In this document: one piece after another, positions 19,130 to 30,173 of the stretch
Layout of the letters: each line of letters begins with the position of its first letter
Position numbering within the stretch: position 1 is the stretch's first letter
DNA from: Acetobacteraceae bacterium
GTDB lineage: Bacteria > Pseudomonadota > Alphaproteobacteria > Acetobacterales > Acetobacteraceae
Length of the DNA stretch: 64,000 nucleotides
Reading direction: 5' to 3'
Assembly (NCBI GenBank): GCA_035508435.1
Contig: DATJNA010000207.1
Location: 11,837 to 75,836, forward strand
Translations under genes and position numbers: made by a program
Notes under the pieces: generated by a model
What the model was told of the DNA's origin: nothing
The model's input: the letters and a program-made list of their open reading frames with translations, nothing else
Databases searched by the model: none

Positions 19130-21985
19130 ATGCCCGGCTCCATCCATGTGCGCGGCGCGCGCGAGCATAACCTCAAGAGCGTGGATGTCGTCATTCCGCG
19201 CGACAGCCTGACCGTGCTCACCGGCCTGTCGGGATCGGGCAAGTCCTCGCTGGCGTTCGACACGATCTATGCCGAGGGCCAGCGCCGCTATGTCGAGTCG
19301 CTGTCCGCCTACGCGCGGCAGTTCCTGGAGCTCATGGGCAAGCCGGACGTCGACAGCATCGAGGGCCTGTCGCCGGCCATTTCGATCGAGCAAAAGACCA
19401 CGTCGCGGAACCCGCGCTCCACCGTGGGCACCGTGACCGAAATCCACGACTACATGCGGCTGCTGTGGGCGCGTGTCGGCGTGCCGTATTCGCCCGCCAC
19501 CGGCCTGCCGATCGAGGCGCAGACCGTTTCGCAGATGGTCGATCGTGTGATGGCGATGCCGGAGGGCACCCGCCTGTTGTTGCTGGCACCGGTGGTGCGC
19601 GACCGCAAGGGCGAATATCGCAAGGAACTGGCGGAGCTGCAGCGCAAGGGCTTCACCCGTGTGAAGGTCGATGGCCAGCTCTACGAAATCGGCGACGTTC
19701 CGACACTGAATCGCAAAATCAAGCACGAGATCGAGGCGGTGGTGGACCGCATCGTGGTGCGTGACGGCATCGCGCCGCGGCTCGCCGACAGTTTCGAAAC
19801 CGCGCTCGCGCTGTCCGACGGCGTCGCCTACGCGGAAAACGCCGATGGCGGCGAGCGCACGGTGTTTTCCTCGCGCTTCGCCTGTCCCGTTTCCGGCTTC
19901 ACCATCGAGGAAATCGAGCCGCGGCTGTTCTCCTTCAACTCGCCCCACGGGGCGTGCCCGGCCTGCGGCGGCATCGGCACCGAGACGTTCTTCGATCCGG
20001 CACTGGTGGTGCCGGACGAACGCCTGTCGATCGCCGACGGCGTCATCGCGCCGTGGCGCGGCGCGCAAAGCCCCTACTACGACCAGACACTGCAAAGCCT
20101 CGCCAAACATTTCAAGGTCACCACCAAAACTCCCTGGCAGAGCCTGCCGAAACGAGTCCGCGACGCAATCCTGCACGGCACCGGCGAGGAGCCGGTGGCA
20201 ATGACCTATAAGGACGGCGTGCGCGCCTACACGGTGACCAAGCCGTTTGAAGGCGTGCTGCATAATCTGCAACGCCGATTCCAGGAGACCGACAGCGTCT
20301 GGGTGCGCGAGGAACTCACGCGCTACCAGGCGGAGAAGCCCTGCGCTGCCTGCAACGGCGCGCGCCTGAAACCGGAGGCGCTGGCGGTGCGCGTCGCCGG
20401 CAATAACATCGCCGAAGCGTCCGCCTTGTCGATCCGCGACGCGCTGGGCTGGTTCGATGACGTGATGCCGACACTGACGCCGCAACGCGCCGAGATCGCC
20501 CGTCGCATCCTGCGCGAGATTCTCGACCGGCTGCAGTTCCTGGTCGATGTCGGACTGGATTACCTGACGCTGGCGCGCTCCTCCGCCACGCTCTCCGGCG
20601 GCGAATCGCAACGCATCCGCCTGGCAAGCCAGATCGGTTCCGGTCTCACCGGCGTGTTGTACGTGCTGGACGAACCCTCCATCGGCCTGCATCAGCGCGA
20701 CAACGAGCGTCTCCTCACCACGCTGCGCCGGCTGCGTGACCTCGGCAATACTGTTCTTGTAGTGGAACATGACGAGGACGCAATTCGCGCCGCCGACCAT
20801 GTGATCGACATGGGGCCGGCAGCGGGGATCAACGGCGGCCACGTCATTGCCGAGGGGCCGCCGGCCGCGATCGCTGCCAACCCGAAATCGCTGACCGGCG
20901 ACTATCTCTCCGGCCGCCGCCGCATCGCGGTGCCGCTGCTGCGACGCCCGGTGCAGGAGGATCGCCTGGTGCGCGTGGTCGGCGCGCGCGGCAACAACCT
21001 CAAGCGCCTCACAGCGGAATTTCCCCTGGGCACCTTCACCTGCGTCACCGGTGTATCCGGCGGCGGCAAATCGACGCTGGTGGTGGACACGCTGTACAAG
21101 GCGGCGGCGCGCCGGCTGATGGGCTCGGGCGAAGTGCCCGCGCCGCACGACCGCATCGAGAATCTGGAATTGCTCGACAAGATCATCGACATCGACCAGT
21201 CGCCGATCGGTCGCACGCCGCGTTCCAATCCCGCCACCTACACGGATCTGTTCGCCCCGATCCGAGACTGGTTCGCCGAGCTGCCGGAGTCCCGCGCCCG
21301 CGGCTACAAGCCCGGCCGCTTCAGCTTCAACGTCAAAGGCGGGCGCTGCGAGGCATGCCAGGGCGACGGCGTGCTGAAGATCGAAATGCACTTCCTGCCG
21401 GACGTCTACGTCACCTGCGACGTCTGCAAGGGTCGGCGCTATAATCGCGAGACGCTGGAAATCAAGTTCCGCGACAAGTCGATCGCCGAGGTGCTGGCGA
21501 TGACGGTCGACGAAGCGGTGCCCTATTTCAGCGCCCAGCAGCGCATCCACGACCGGCTGAAGATCCTGCAACAAGTGGGGCTGGGGTATATCGCGCTGGG
21601 CCAGCAGGCGACGACGCTGTCCGGCGGCGAGGCGCAGCGGATCAAGCTGTCGAAGGAGCTGGCGCGGCGCGCGACCGGCCGCACATTGTACATTTTGGAC
21701 GAACCCACCACCGGCCTGCACTTCGAGGATGTGCGCAAGCTGCTTGAAGTGCTGCACGCGCTGGTGGAACAAGGCAATACGGTGGTGGTGATCGAGCATA
21801 ATCTGGAAGTGATCAAGACGGCGGATTGGATTCTGGACCTGGGCCCGGAAGGCGGTGATGGCGGCGGCCGCATCGTCGCGGAAGGCATGCCGGAGGATGT
21901 GGCCGCAAATCCGGACAGCTACACGGGGCGATTCCTGGCGCCGCTACTGGTGCGCGATACCAAACCGGCAAGACGTAGGGCGTAA
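19130..21985 (+). CDS. uvrA: excinuclease ABC subunit A
   Basis: 951 aa. Two ABC modules ([13 protein letters not shown] and [11 protein letters not shown]), CxxC zinc-finger pairs, and LSGGE signature motifs. Confidence 0.97.
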   Translation: MPGSIHVRGAREHNLKSVDVVIPRDSLTVLTGLSGSGKSSLAFDTIYAEGQRRYVESLSAYARQFLELMGKPDVDSIEGLSPAISIEQKTTSRNPRSTVGTVTEIHDYMRLLWARVGVPYSPATGLPIEAQTVSQMVDRVMAMPEGTRLLLLAPVVRDRKGEYRKELAELQRKGFTRVKVDGQLYEIGDVPTLNRKIKHEIEAVVDRIVVRDGIAPRLADSFETALALSDGVAYAENADGGERTVFSSRFACPVSGFTIEEIEPRLFSFNSPHGACPACGGIGTETFFDPALVVPDERLSIADGVIAPWRGAQSPYYDQTLQSLAKHFKVTTKTPWQSLPKRVRDAILHGTGEEPVAMTYKDGVRAYTVTKPFEGVLHNLQRRFQETDSVWVREELTRYQAEKPCAACNGARLKPEALAVRVAGNNIAEASALSIRDALGWFDDVMPTLTPQRAEIARRILREILDRLQFLVDVGLDYLTLARSSATLSGGESQRIRLASQIGSGLTGVLYVLDEPSIGLHQRDNERLLTTLRRLRDLGNTVLVVEHDEDAIRAADHVIDMGPAAGINGGHVIAEGPPAAIAANPKSLTGDYLSGRRRIAVPLLRRPVQEDRLVRVVGARGNNLKRLTAEFPLGTFTCVTGVSGGGKSTLVVDTLYKAAARRLMGSGEVPAPHDRIENLELLDKIIDIDQSPIGRTPRSNPATYTDLFAPIRDWFAELPESRARGYKPGRFSFNVKGGRCEACQGDGVLKIEMHFLPDVYVTCDVCKGRRYNRETLEIKFRDKSIAEVLAMTVDEAVPYFSAQQRIHDRLKILQQVGLGYIALGQQATTLSGGEAQRIKLSKELARRATGRTLYILDEPTTGLHFEDVRKLLEVLHALVEQGNTVVVIEHNLEVIKTADWILDLGPEGGDGGGRIVAEGMPEDVAANPDSYTGRFLAPLLVRDTKPARRRA

Positions 21986-21988
21986 CAA

Positions 21989-22016
21989 AACCTCTCCCGC
22001 GCTGGCGAGAGAGGTT
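21989..22016. terminator. candidate bidirectional stem-loop terminator between uvrA and acnA
   Basis: An 8-bp stem aacctctc/gagaggtt with a 12-nt loop. Read on the minus strand it is followed by TTTTG, which fits acnA termination better than uvrA. Confidence 0.45.
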
Positions 22017-22034
22017 CTCGTTCGGGGCGCCTCA

Positions 22035-24728
22035 TTACGCCGCCTTCGCCATCCCGCGCAGCACGTATTGCAGGATGCCGCCGTGCTTGTAGTACTCCAC
22101 CTCGTCGGCGGTATCGATCCGGCAGCGCACTGGCAGTTCGTCGGTCTTGCCGTCGGCGCGGTGGATCACCAGCGTCAGATCCATGCCGGGCCGCAGGTTA
22201 TCCAATCCGATCACGTCGATCATCTCCTCGCCGGTGATGTTCAGCGACTTGCGATCCGTGCCGGGGGAAAAAGTCAGCGGCAGCACGCCCATACCCACCA
22301 GATTCGAACGATGGATGCGTTCGAAGCTCTCAACGACCACCGCCTTGATGCCGAGCAAGAAGGTGCCCTTCGCCGCCCAGTCGCGGGATGAGCCGGTGCC
22401 GTATTCCTTGCCGCCGAACACCACCAGCGGCACGCCCTCCTGCTTGTACTTCATCGCCGCGTCATAGATCGGCATTTGCTCGCCGTCCGGCAGGTGGCGC
22501 GTCATGCCGCCTTCCACCCCCGCCACCAGCTCGTTGCGGATGCGGATGTTGGCGAACGTGCCGCGCATCATCACTTCGTGGTTGCCGCGGCGCGATCCGT
22601 AGCTGTTGAAATTCGCCTGCGTGACCTGCCGCTCCAGCAGGTAGTCGCCGGCCGGCGAGACTTTCCGAATCGAACCGGCCGGGCTGATGTGGTCAGTGGT
22701 GATAGAATCGCCCAGCTCCGCCAGGATGCGCGCGCCCTTCACGTCGCCGATCGGCGGCAGCTCCATCGTCATGCCGTCGAAATACGGCGGATTGCGCACA
22801 TAGGTGGACCCGTCGGACCAGCGATAGGTCTCGCTGTCGGCATCGACCTGGATGGTCTGCCACTGCTTCGGACCGGTGAACACCTCGCCGTAGCGCTTCA
22901 GGAACTGGTCGCGCGACAGCGACGCGGCGATGACGTCGGCAATCTCCTTGTTGGTCGGCCACACGTCTTTCAAATACACCGGCTGCCCATCGGAACCCGT
23001 ACCCAGCGGCGCCGTGGTGATGTCCTGCGTCACCTTGCCAAGCAGCGAATACGCCACCACCAGCGGCGGCGACGCCAGGTAGTTCGCGCGCACGTTGGCA
23101 TGCACGCGGCCCTCGAAATTGCGGTTGCCGGAGATCACCGCGGCGCCGACCAGCTTGTGGTCCTCGATCGCATCCACGATCGCATCATCCAGCGGGCCGG
23201 AGTTGCCGATACAGGTGGTGCAGCCATAGCCCACCAGCTCGAAGCCGATCGCATCCAGGTCCTTTTGCAGCCCCGACTTCTCCAGGTACTCCGTCACCAC
23301 CTGCGATCCCGGCGCCAGCGAGGTTTTTACCCATGGCTTCGGCTGCAGGCCCTTCGCATGTGCCTTCCGCGCCACCAGCCCCGCGGCCACCAGCACGTTG
23401 GGGTTCGACGTGTTGGTGCACGATGTGATTGCCGCGATCACCACGTCGCCATGGGTCAGTTCGAAGTTCTTGCCTTCCACCTTCACCGACAGCCCGGCGT
23501 CCTTCTCCGGCACGCCCAGGCCCTTGGTCAGGTCCGCCTTGAACGACGACGCGACATCCGTCAGCGCCACGCGATCCTGCGGCCGCTTCGGCCCCGCCAT
23601 CGACGGCACCACGGTACCAAGGTCCAGTTCCAGCGTGTCGCTGAACACCGGGTCCGGCATGCCCGCCTCGCGGAACATGCCCTGCTCTTTCAGATACGCC
23701 TCGACCAGCCGGATCTGGTGCTCGTCGCGTCCGGTCAGGTGGAGATAGTGCAACGCCACCTGGTCCACCGGGAAGAAGCCGCAGGTCGCGCCGTATTCCG
23801 GCGCCATGTTGCCGAGCGTGGCACGGTCCGCCAGGCCCAACTGATCCAGTCCAGGTCCGAAATATTCGACGAATTTGCCGACGACGCCCTTGCGCCGCAG
23901 CATCTGCGTGACGGTCAGCACCAGGTCGGTGGCGGTGGCGCCCTCGGGCAGGCGGCCGGTCAGTTTGAAGCCGATCACGTCGGGGATCAGCATGGCAATC
24001 GGCTGGCCGAGCATGGCCGCTTCCGCTTCGATACCGCCGACGCCCCAGCCCAGGATGCCCAGCCCGTTCACCATCGTGGTGTGGCTGTCGGTGCCATACA
24101 GCGTGTCGGGATAGGCGAAGGTCGTACCTGCGTCGGTTGAGGTCCACACGCACTGGCCGAGATATTCCAGATTCACCTGATGGCAGATGCCGGTGCCCGG
24201 CGGCACCACGCGGAAATTGTCGAACGCCTCCTGGCCCCAGCGCAGGAAGCGATAGCGCTCGCCGTTGCGCTCGAATTCGATTTCCACATTCTTCTGCAGC
24301 GCGTCGGGGCGGGCGAACACGTCAACCATCACCGAGTGGTCGATCACCAGATCGACCGGCACCAGCGGGTTCACCTTCTGCGGGCTGCCGCCGAGCTTCA
24401 CGATGCCGTCGCGCATCGCGGCGAGGTCCACTACCGCGGGAACGCCGGTGAAGTCCTGCATCAGGATGCGGGCGGGCTTGAATGGCACTTCCTTGTCGGA
24501 ATGCGCGCCGTTCTGCCAGCCGGCGATCGCCTTGGCATCATCCACCTTGTAGCTGGATCCGTTCTCGAACCGCAGCACGTTCTCGAGCAGGATTTTGAGG
24601 CTGACCGGCAGGCGCGATATGTCGCCGAGCGTTTTCGCCGCTGCCGGCAGCGAAAAATAATCGTATTGCTTGCAGTCCACTGTCAGGGTGCGGCGCGTCT
24701 TGAGGGAGTCCTGCCCGATCGTGGTCAT
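22035..24728 (-). CDS. acnA: aconitate hydratase A
   Basis: About 897 aa of clear aconitase/IRP-type sequence ([17 protein letters not shown]). The start is placed at ATG 24728 ([10 protein letters not shown]); the track ORF begins at TTG 24788. Confidence 0.95.
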   Translation of the reverse strand: MTTIGQDSLKTRRTLTVDCKQYDYFSLPAAAKTLGDISRLPVSLKILLENVLRFENGSSYKVDDAKAIAGWQNGAHSDKEVPFKPARILMQDFTGVPAVVDLAAMRDGIVKLGGSPQKVNPLVPVDLVIDHSVMVDVFARPDALQKNVEIEFERNGERYRFLRWGQEAFDNFRVVPPGTGICHQVNLEYLGQCVWTSTDAGTTFAYPDTLYGTDSHTTMVNGLGILGWGVGGIEAEAAMLGQPIAMLIPDVIGFKLTGRLPEGATATDLVLTVTQMLRRKGVVGKFVEYFGPGLDQLGLADRATLGNMAPEYGATCGFFPVDQVALHYLHLTGRDEHQIRLVEAYLKEQGMFREAGMPDPVFSDTLELDLGTVVPSMAGPKRPQDRVALTDVASSFKADLTKGLGVPEKDAGLSVKVEGKNFELTHGDVVIAAITSCTNTSNPNVLVAAGLVARKAHAKGLQPKPWVKTSLAPGSQVVTEYLEKSGLQKDLDAIGFELVGYGCTTCIGNSGPLDDAIVDAIEDHKLVGAAVISGNRNFEGRVHANVRANYLASPPLVVAYSLLGKVTQDITTAPLGTGSDGQPVYLKDVWPTNKEIADVIAASLSRDQFLKRYGEVFTGPKQWQTIQVDADSETYRWSDGSTYVRNPPYFDGMTMELPPIGDVKGARILAELGDSITTDHISPAGSIRKVSPAGDYLLERQVTQANFNSYGSRRGNHEVMMRGTFANIRIRNELVAGVEGGMTRHLPDGEQMPIYDAAMKYKQEGVPLVVFGGKEYGTGSSRDWAAKGTFLLGIKAVVVESFERIHRSNLVGMGVLPLTFSPGTDRKSLNITGEEMIDVIGLDNLRPGMDLTLVIHRADGKTDELPVRCRIDTADEVEYYKHGGILQYVLRGMAKAA

Positions 24729-24893
24729 GCAATGCGTCGTCCTGTGTTGGCAGGACGCCTCTTTCGTTGTGCGGTCCCGGGGGCGCAATGGTGGCGGGGT
24801 TCAGCGCCGGGGCCGCCTGTGCAAGTGTCCCGGCATTGGCGCTTTAACCATACCAGCCTGGGATCGTCCACCGGCCGATAGATAGGAAGCGAC

Positions 24894-25487
24894 GTGCTGC
24901 AAGCCGAGGGACTGGCCGCGTTTCGCGGCGAACGGCTGGTGTTCCGCGACCTGGGTTTTGCCGTGGCGGCGGGCGGGGCGTTGGTGCTGGTAGGCGCCAA
25001 CGGTTCCGGCAAGTCGACGCTGCTCCGCCTGTTGGCCGGGCTGGTGCGGCCGATCGCCGGCCGCCTGCTGTGGAACGGCGAGGATGCGCTGGCCGATCTG
25101 CCGACACATGCGGCGCGGGTCACCTATGTCGGGCATCTCGACGCCGTGAAGCCCGGCCTGACAGCGGCCGAGAACCTGGCCTTTGCCGCACGGATGGGCC
25201 GCGGCTCGGTGGCCGCCGCGCTGGAGGCGCTGGGGCTCGGAGATCTGGCCGACGTGCCGGCGCGCTATCTCTCGGCCGGACAGAAGCGTCGGCTGGCGCT
25301 GGCGCGGCTGGCGCTGAGCGCCGCGCCGCTGTGGTTGCTCGACGAGCCTACCGTGGGGCTGGACACGGCATCCCAGGCGCTGGTCGGCGCGGTGCTGACC
25401 GCCCACCGCGCCCGCGGCGGCATCATCGTCGCCGCCACCCATGTGCCGTTGCCGATCCAGGACGTGGCGGAATTCCGCCTGGGATGA
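24894..25487 (+). CDS. ccmA: heme exporter ATP-binding protein CcmA
   Basis: 197-aa single-NBD ABC protein with Walker [10 protein letters not shown], signature LSAGQKRR and Walker B LWLLDEP. Size and sequence are typical of CcmA. GTG start preceded by AGGAAG. Confidence 0.8.
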   Translation: MLQAEGLAAFRGERLVFRDLGFAVAAGGALVLVGANGSGKSTLLRLLAGLVRPIAGRLLWNGEDALADLPTHAARVTYVGHLDAVKPGLTAAENLAFAARMGRGSVAAALEALGLGDLADVPARYLSAGQKRRLALARLALSAAPLWLLDEPTVGLDTASQALVGAVLTAHRARGGIIVAATHVPLPIQDVAEFRLG

Positions 25488-25493
25488 CCCGAA

Positions 25494-26324
25494 TCAGGCG
25501 CCCTGCGCGGCCTGCCTGGCCGCCGACGCCTCGCCCCCGCGCAGGATCAGTTGCGCCGCCGGCGAGAAGGCGCGCGTCCGCAGCAGCAGCGTCACCGCCA
25601 GCCCGGCAATGCCGGAGGCGGTCAGGATCATCACCACCAGGATGAACTGGTATATCCCGGCGTAGATCGGGCTGGCACCCGACACCATCATGCCGGCCAT
25701 CACGCCCGGGATCCAAACCAGCCCCAACGACTTCAGCATGTCGAGCCGCGGCAGCAGGCTGGCGTAGACCGCGCTCTGGACATAGGGCGCCACCGTAACG
25801 GCGGGATCGGCACCCAGCGCCAGCCCCGCCTCCACCTGGCCGACATGCGAGGCCACGTCGGCGCGAAAGCGCTCCGCCGCCTGGGCGCAGGCATTCATCG
25901 CATTGGCGATGATCATGCTGCCGACGGGCACCAGCATGGCGATGCGTGTCTCCAATGTGCCCATCGCGATCATGGCTGCGATCACCACACCCGAACTGGC
26001 GGCGATGGACCAGAAACAGACCAGCAGCGCGCCCTGGATGTTGCGCGCCCGCCGCGCGGCCGTCACCGCAGCCGCGAACATCATGCCGAGCAAGATCAGC
26101 GCGCCGACCAGCAGGCCGCCATGCAGGAGCAATGCCAGCACCACCCCCACCCCCACCATCTGCACCAGGCCACGCGCCAGAGAAATCACCGCCTCGCGTT
26201 CCACGCGCACGGCGAACCGCCGGCACAGGGCGATAACCGCCAGGCACAGGATGATGGCGCCGCCCGCCTGGGCCAGCCCCACTGCGACGCCCCGGCCGAG
26301 ATGGCCCAGCAGATCAATCGGCAT
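25494..26324 (-). CDS. fetB: iron export ABC transporter permease FetB (UPF0014/YbbM family)
   Basis: A polytopic membrane protein of about 276 aa. Its start overlaps the stop of the upstream ATPase gene. Family assignment is by recollection of the YbbM/FetB pattern. Confidence 0.75.
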   Translation of the reverse strand: MPIDLLGHLGRGVAVGLAQAGGAIILCLAVIALCRRFAVRVEREAVISLARGLVQMVGVGVVLALLLHGGLLVGALILLGMMFAAAVTAARRARNIQGALLVCFWSIAASSGVVIAAMIAMGTLETRIAMLVPVGSMIIANAMNACAQAAERFRADVASHVGQVEAGLALGADPAVTVAPYVQSAVYASLLPRLDMLKSLGLVWIPGVMAGMMVSGASPIYAGIYQFILVVMILTASGIAGLAVTLLLRTRAFSPAAQLILRGGEASAARQAAQGA

Positions 26325-27087
26325 GCAGCACCTCACTGGTCGGACCGCTGGCAACCAGCCGGCCCGCTTCCAGCACCATCGTGCGGCTGGCGATGCGTGC
26401 CGCCTGGGGACGGTTATGGGTAACGATCACGCAGGTGATCCGATGCTCGGCGACGATGCCCAGCAGCAGTTCCTCGATGCCGCGCACCGAGGCCTCATCG
26501 AGGGCCGAGGTCGGTTCGTCGAGCAATAGGCCCTCAGGCGCATTGGCCAGCGTGCGGGCGAAGGAAACGCGCTGCGCCTCGCCGCCGGACAGGGTGCGCA
26601 CGTCGCGATCCTGGTAGCCCGGCAGGCCGACACGCTCCAGCAAGGCGGCGATCTGGCCGGCGGCCATCGTCTCATCGCGCTGTTTCGGTCCGAAGCCGAT
26701 ATTCGCCGCGACCGTTCCGGGAAACAGATAAGCCATCTGCATCACCATGCCGAGCCGTCGTCGCAGCGTGCGCGGCGGGACGGCGCGGTAATCCTGCCCG
26801 TTCAGCAGGACGCTGCCGCCGGTCGGCTCGTCCAGGCGGTTCAGCAGCCGCAGGAAGGTCGATTTGCCGGCACCGCTCGGCCCCACCACCGCCGTGATCT
26901 CCCCCGGCGGGATCAGCACGCTGACATCATTCAACAGGATCTTGCCGGCAACCGCGCGCGACAGCCGGCTCGTCTCCAGGGTGAGCGCAGCCACGGCCGC
27001 TGTCCCGGCATCGCTGCCGCGCGGCGCTGCGTTGCGATGGCCATGATCGGCGCAATCCGAAGCTGCGAGGCCGGTCGTCACGGACAT
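26314..27087 (-). CDS. fetA: ABC transporter ATP-binding protein FetA-like
   Basis: 257 aa. Walker A GPSGAGKST, signature LSGGEAQR, Walker B LLLDEPTSALD. It is coupled to the fetB-like permease. Confidence 0.8.
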   Translation of the reverse strand: MSVTTGLAASDCADHGHRNAAPRGSDAGTAAVAALTLETSRLSRAVAGKILLNDVSVLIPPGEITAVVGPSGAGKSTFLRLLNRLDEPTGGSVLLNGQDYRAVPPRTLRRRLGMVMQMAYLFPGTVAANIGFGPKQRDETMAAGQIAALLERVGLPGYQDRDVRTLSGGEAQRVSFARTLANAPEGLLLDEPTSALDEASVRGIEELLLGIVAEHRITCVIVTHNRPQAARIASRTMVLEAGRLVASGPTSEVLHAD

Positions 27088-27230
27088 GTCTGGCTCCCTG
27101 CGATCACAGCTTGCGGCGTTCCTGTCGCATCAGGTAGCGGTCCGGCCGTGGCGCGGGAAATGAACGCTGTTCACCGCCGCATGACAGTCATCGATGCCGG
27201 CCGAGCGCCCGGCGTGAAGCCGCGGTCCGT

Positions 27231-28133
27231 CTACGCCTCCGCGACGCAGGCGCGCAGTGTTGCGCGCAGCCAGCGATGGGCCGGATCATGATCCAGCCGG
27301 CGATGCCAGATCAGCGACAGCGACACATGCGGCGAGGCGAATGGCAATGGCCGGACGGTCAACGGCCGAAATTTGGCGATGTCCATGGCGACCCGTCGCG
27401 GCACGACCGCCAGGGCGGCAGAACCGATCACCACCGATGCAAGCGAATGCAGCGGCACCATCGCCATGATCCGGCGCGACAGCCCATGCTCGTTCAACGC
27501 CGCATCGACGAAATCCGTATCGTCGCCGCTGGACGTTACGCCGATATGCGGCAGGCGCGCGACTTGCTCCAACGACAGCGCCGGCTCATCTGCCTCCGGG
27601 AGTTCGCAGGGCAGCATCGCCGCATAGTCGTCGTCGAGCAAGCCGCTGCATTTGAATCGCTCGCCGCCATCGGCCAGTGCCGACAGTCCCAGTGAGACTG
27701 TACCGCGATCCAACTGATCGAGCACGGGCATCAACCCGATCGGCCGGACCTCCAGTGCGACCGAAGGCGCCAGCCGCGCCACGCGGTGCACCAAGGCAGG
27801 CACCACAGCGCGCGCGGCGTAGTTGTTGGCGGCGATGATGAAGCGTCCCGCCGCATGCGCGGCATCGAATTCACCGGATTCCAGCGTGACCCGCATGTCC
27901 TGCAACGCGTCATGGATCGGCGTCGCGATGCGCTCGGCGCGTGGCGTCGGCTGCATCCCGTCGGGCGTGCGCACGAACAATTCGTCGTCCAGCGTGTGGC
28001 GCAGCCGCGCCAGCGTGTGGCTGATCGCGGATTGGCTGAGCCCCAGACGCTGGCCCGCACGCGTGAGGTTCTTCTCCTGCACCACGGCGTCGAAAATCAC
28101 CAGAAGGTTCAGATCGAACGTATTCCAGTTCAT
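27231..28133 (-). CDS. LysR family transcriptional regulator
   Basis: N-terminal wHTH MNWNTFDLNLLVIFDAVVQEKNLTRAGQRLGLSQSAISHTLARLR. The start is trimmed to ATG 28133. Confidence 0.9.
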   Translation of the reverse strand: MNWNTFDLNLLVIFDAVVQEKNLTRAGQRLGLSQSAISHTLARLRHTLDDELFVRTPDGMQPTPRAERIATPIHDALQDMRVTLESGEFDAAHAAGRFIIAANNYAARAVVPALVHRVARLAPSVALEVRPIGLMPVLDQLDRGTVSLGLSALADGGERFKCSGLLDDDYAAMLPCELPEADEPALSLEQVARLPHIGVTSSGDDTDFVDAALNEHGLSRRIMAMVPLHSLASVVIGSAALAVVPRRVAMDIAKFRPLTVRPLPFASPHVSLSLIWHRRLDHDPAHRWLRATLRACVAEA

Positions 28134-28430
28134 CGCAGCCCCCAACCAGACCAGCGGCCACTTATAAGGCCAGGCGTTGCACGTGTTGATTCGGGTCGGT
28201 GCATCACCGCGGCAGGGCTGGTGTCCGAGGCGGCAAACGCCAGCAGGGCAATCCATCAATCGGAGTTTGGCACCGGGTGATGAGCCGCGTGCATCGTCCG
28301 CGGAGGGATCCGCGCGTCCGGCACGACCCAATGCGCTGTGCCGGACGCACGGCGCCCGGGTTTACCAGCGGCACTGCCGCGGGCATACGCGCAGCACCAC
28401 GCTGCCCCGCCAGCGAAACCGGAGAGCCCC

Positions 28431-29222
28431 ATGATCGCCCGCTTCCTCCCCTGGCGCCGGCCGCGCATCAACGTCGTGGAACTGCACGGGCTGATCGCCG
28501 CGCGCGCCGGCATGCTGTCGATCACCGCCGCCAAGCCGCTGATCGAGCGCGCCTTCCGCAGCGCCGGCGGCAAGCCGGTGATCCTGGAAATCGAAAGTCC
28601 CGGCGGTTCTCCCGTGCAGTCCGACCTGATCGCGTCGCTGATTCGCCGCCGGGCAGAGCGGCACAAGGTGCGCGTGGTGGCGGCGATCGGGGAAGTGGCC
28701 GCCTCCGGCGGCTATTGGCTCGCCTGCGCCGCCGACGAGATCCACGCCAATCCGATGAGCATTGTCGGCTCGATCGGCGTGCGCGGCGGCGGGTTCGGCT
28801 TTCCCGATTTGCTCCGGCGCATCGGGGTGGAACGCCGGCTCTACACCGCCGGCGAGAACAAGGCGCGGCTCGATCCGTTCAGCCCCGAGAATCCAAACGA
28901 CGTCGCGTTCGTGCAGGCGCTGCTGGACACTCTGCACGCGCGGTTCAAAGACTGGGTACGCACCCGCCGCGGCAACCGGTTGCAGGCAGACGAAACGGGA
29001 TTGTTCGATGGCAGCTTCATGTTGGGCGAGCAAGCGCTGGCAGCGGGCCTGATCGACGGACTCGGCGACGTCGATTCCCTGGTGCGCACACTGGGCGGCG
29101 AGAAGGCCGTGGCGCGGCGGTTCGCACCGCGGCGGCGCGGGCTGTTGCGGGCACTGCCGAGGCTGATGGTGGACGCGATGCTCGATGCGGCGGCAGAACG
29201 GCGCTGGCGGATGGAGATATAG
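28431..29222 (+). CDS. S49 family peptidase (SppA-like)
   Basis: LEIESPGGSPVQS and the catalytic-serine context EVAASGGYWLACAAD. ATG 28431 is preceded by GGAGAG. Confidence 0.85.
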   Translation: MIARFLPWRRPRINVVELHGLIAARAGMLSITAAKPLIERAFRSAGGKPVILEIESPGGSPVQSDLIASLIRRRAERHKVRVVAAIGEVAASGGYWLACAADEIHANPMSIVGSIGVRGGGFGFPDLLRRIGVERRLYTAGENKARLDPFSPENPNDVAFVQALLDTLHARFKDWVRTRRGNRLQADETGLFDGSFMLGEQALAAGLIDGLGDVDSLVRTLGGEKAVARRFAPRRRGLLRALPRLMVDAMLDAAAERRWRMEI

Positions 29223-29385
29223 CGCCAACCGATCGAACGGGCGACCGCCCGCGGCGCTTCATCCGGGCGGGCGTCCCCCGCGAGGCCGGTGGTCGGGCCC
29301 CAACGACATGACTCTGCTTCAGAAATGACGTAGCAGCGGGGCCCATCGCCGGCCACCCGGCACATCGGCACGAAGGACAGGCTGC

Positions 29386-30036
29386 TTGGGTCCCGCTTTC
29401 GCGTTCATTGCGATCTTCCTCAGCATGCTGGCTCCCCCATTGATCGGGGCGATGCTCGCCGATCTCACCCGCCTTCAGGTGATCCTGCTGTCCGCCGTTG
29501 GATCGCTGATCGCCGGCTATTTCGTCGTGACCAACATGGAGTCCTTCCAGACCGCCTATTGGCGCTGGACCATGCCCGCCACGCCGGCGGCCGAGCGCCA
29601 ATTCATCGCCGCGGCCGAGGCAATGCACGCCTTGCGTCTGCAGGCGGTGACCGATGCCGGCGATCGCGCCGCCCTGCGCCAGGCCGAGGCAAAGCTCTGC
29701 GCCCTGCCGACCGACGTGTCCGGCTGGACCGGCCGGCTGGAGCAGAAGTACCTGGATGACGCGGGACAGCACGAGATGCTGGCAGTGGCGATCTGGCCGC
29801 ATTTGATGGTGCGCACTGCGTTGTTCCCCGATGCGACCAGAACCATGATCCGGGCCGGCACACCGATCTTCACACAGACCGAAACACTGGCGCCTGGCGC
29901 TTCGGTGCGGTTCAACGGCCGTATCGTCGGCCATGCCGGCGCCTGCCCCGGCGATCCCCCCACCGACCCCAACGAGAAACTGCGCGACCCCGAGCTCCTG
30001 TTCTGGTTTACCCAACTGGAGAAGCTTCCCGGCTGA
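29386..30036 (+). CDS. hypothetical membrane protein
   Basis: 216-aa ORF (TTG start; alternative ATG at 29425). Two N-terminal TM helices followed by a soluble domain. No family recognised. Confidence 0.5.
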   Translation: MGPAFAFIAIFLSMLAPPLIGAMLADLTRLQVILLSAVGSLIAGYFVVTNMESFQTAYWRWTMPATPAAERQFIAAAEAMHALRLQAVTDAGDRAALRQAEAKLCALPTDVSGWTGRLEQKYLDDAGQHEMLAVAIWPHLMVRTALFPDATRTMIRAGTPIFTQTETLAPGASVRFNGRIVGHAGACPGDPPTDPNEKLRDPELLFWFTQLEKLPG

Positions 30037-30173
30037 GTGGCAGCGGAACACGTTACCAATTCTTCACATCAGTGCCATTCGGCCCGTTGACCAAACAATT
30101 GACGCATCCGATAGTGCCTGACGATGGCAAACTTGAATTTTGCCAAACAACAGCTTGCTCCGGGAGATACTCC

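Noticed and set aside
19091-21799. 902-aa ORF antisense to uvrA
   Set aside because: A mirror ORF typical of high-GC DNA. The product is Arg/Ala/Gly/His-rich with no motifs, whereas the sense strand encodes an unmistakable UvrA.
22476-24140. 554-aa ORF antisense to acnA (similar long antisense ORFs occur at 4847-6163, 7075-8313, 12526-13752, 15314-16843, 16719-18410, 30069-31763, 44697-46034 and 58662-60035)
   Set aside because: All overlap strongly supported genes on the opposite strand and show the Arg/Ala/Gly/His bias of out-of-frame GC-rich sequence.
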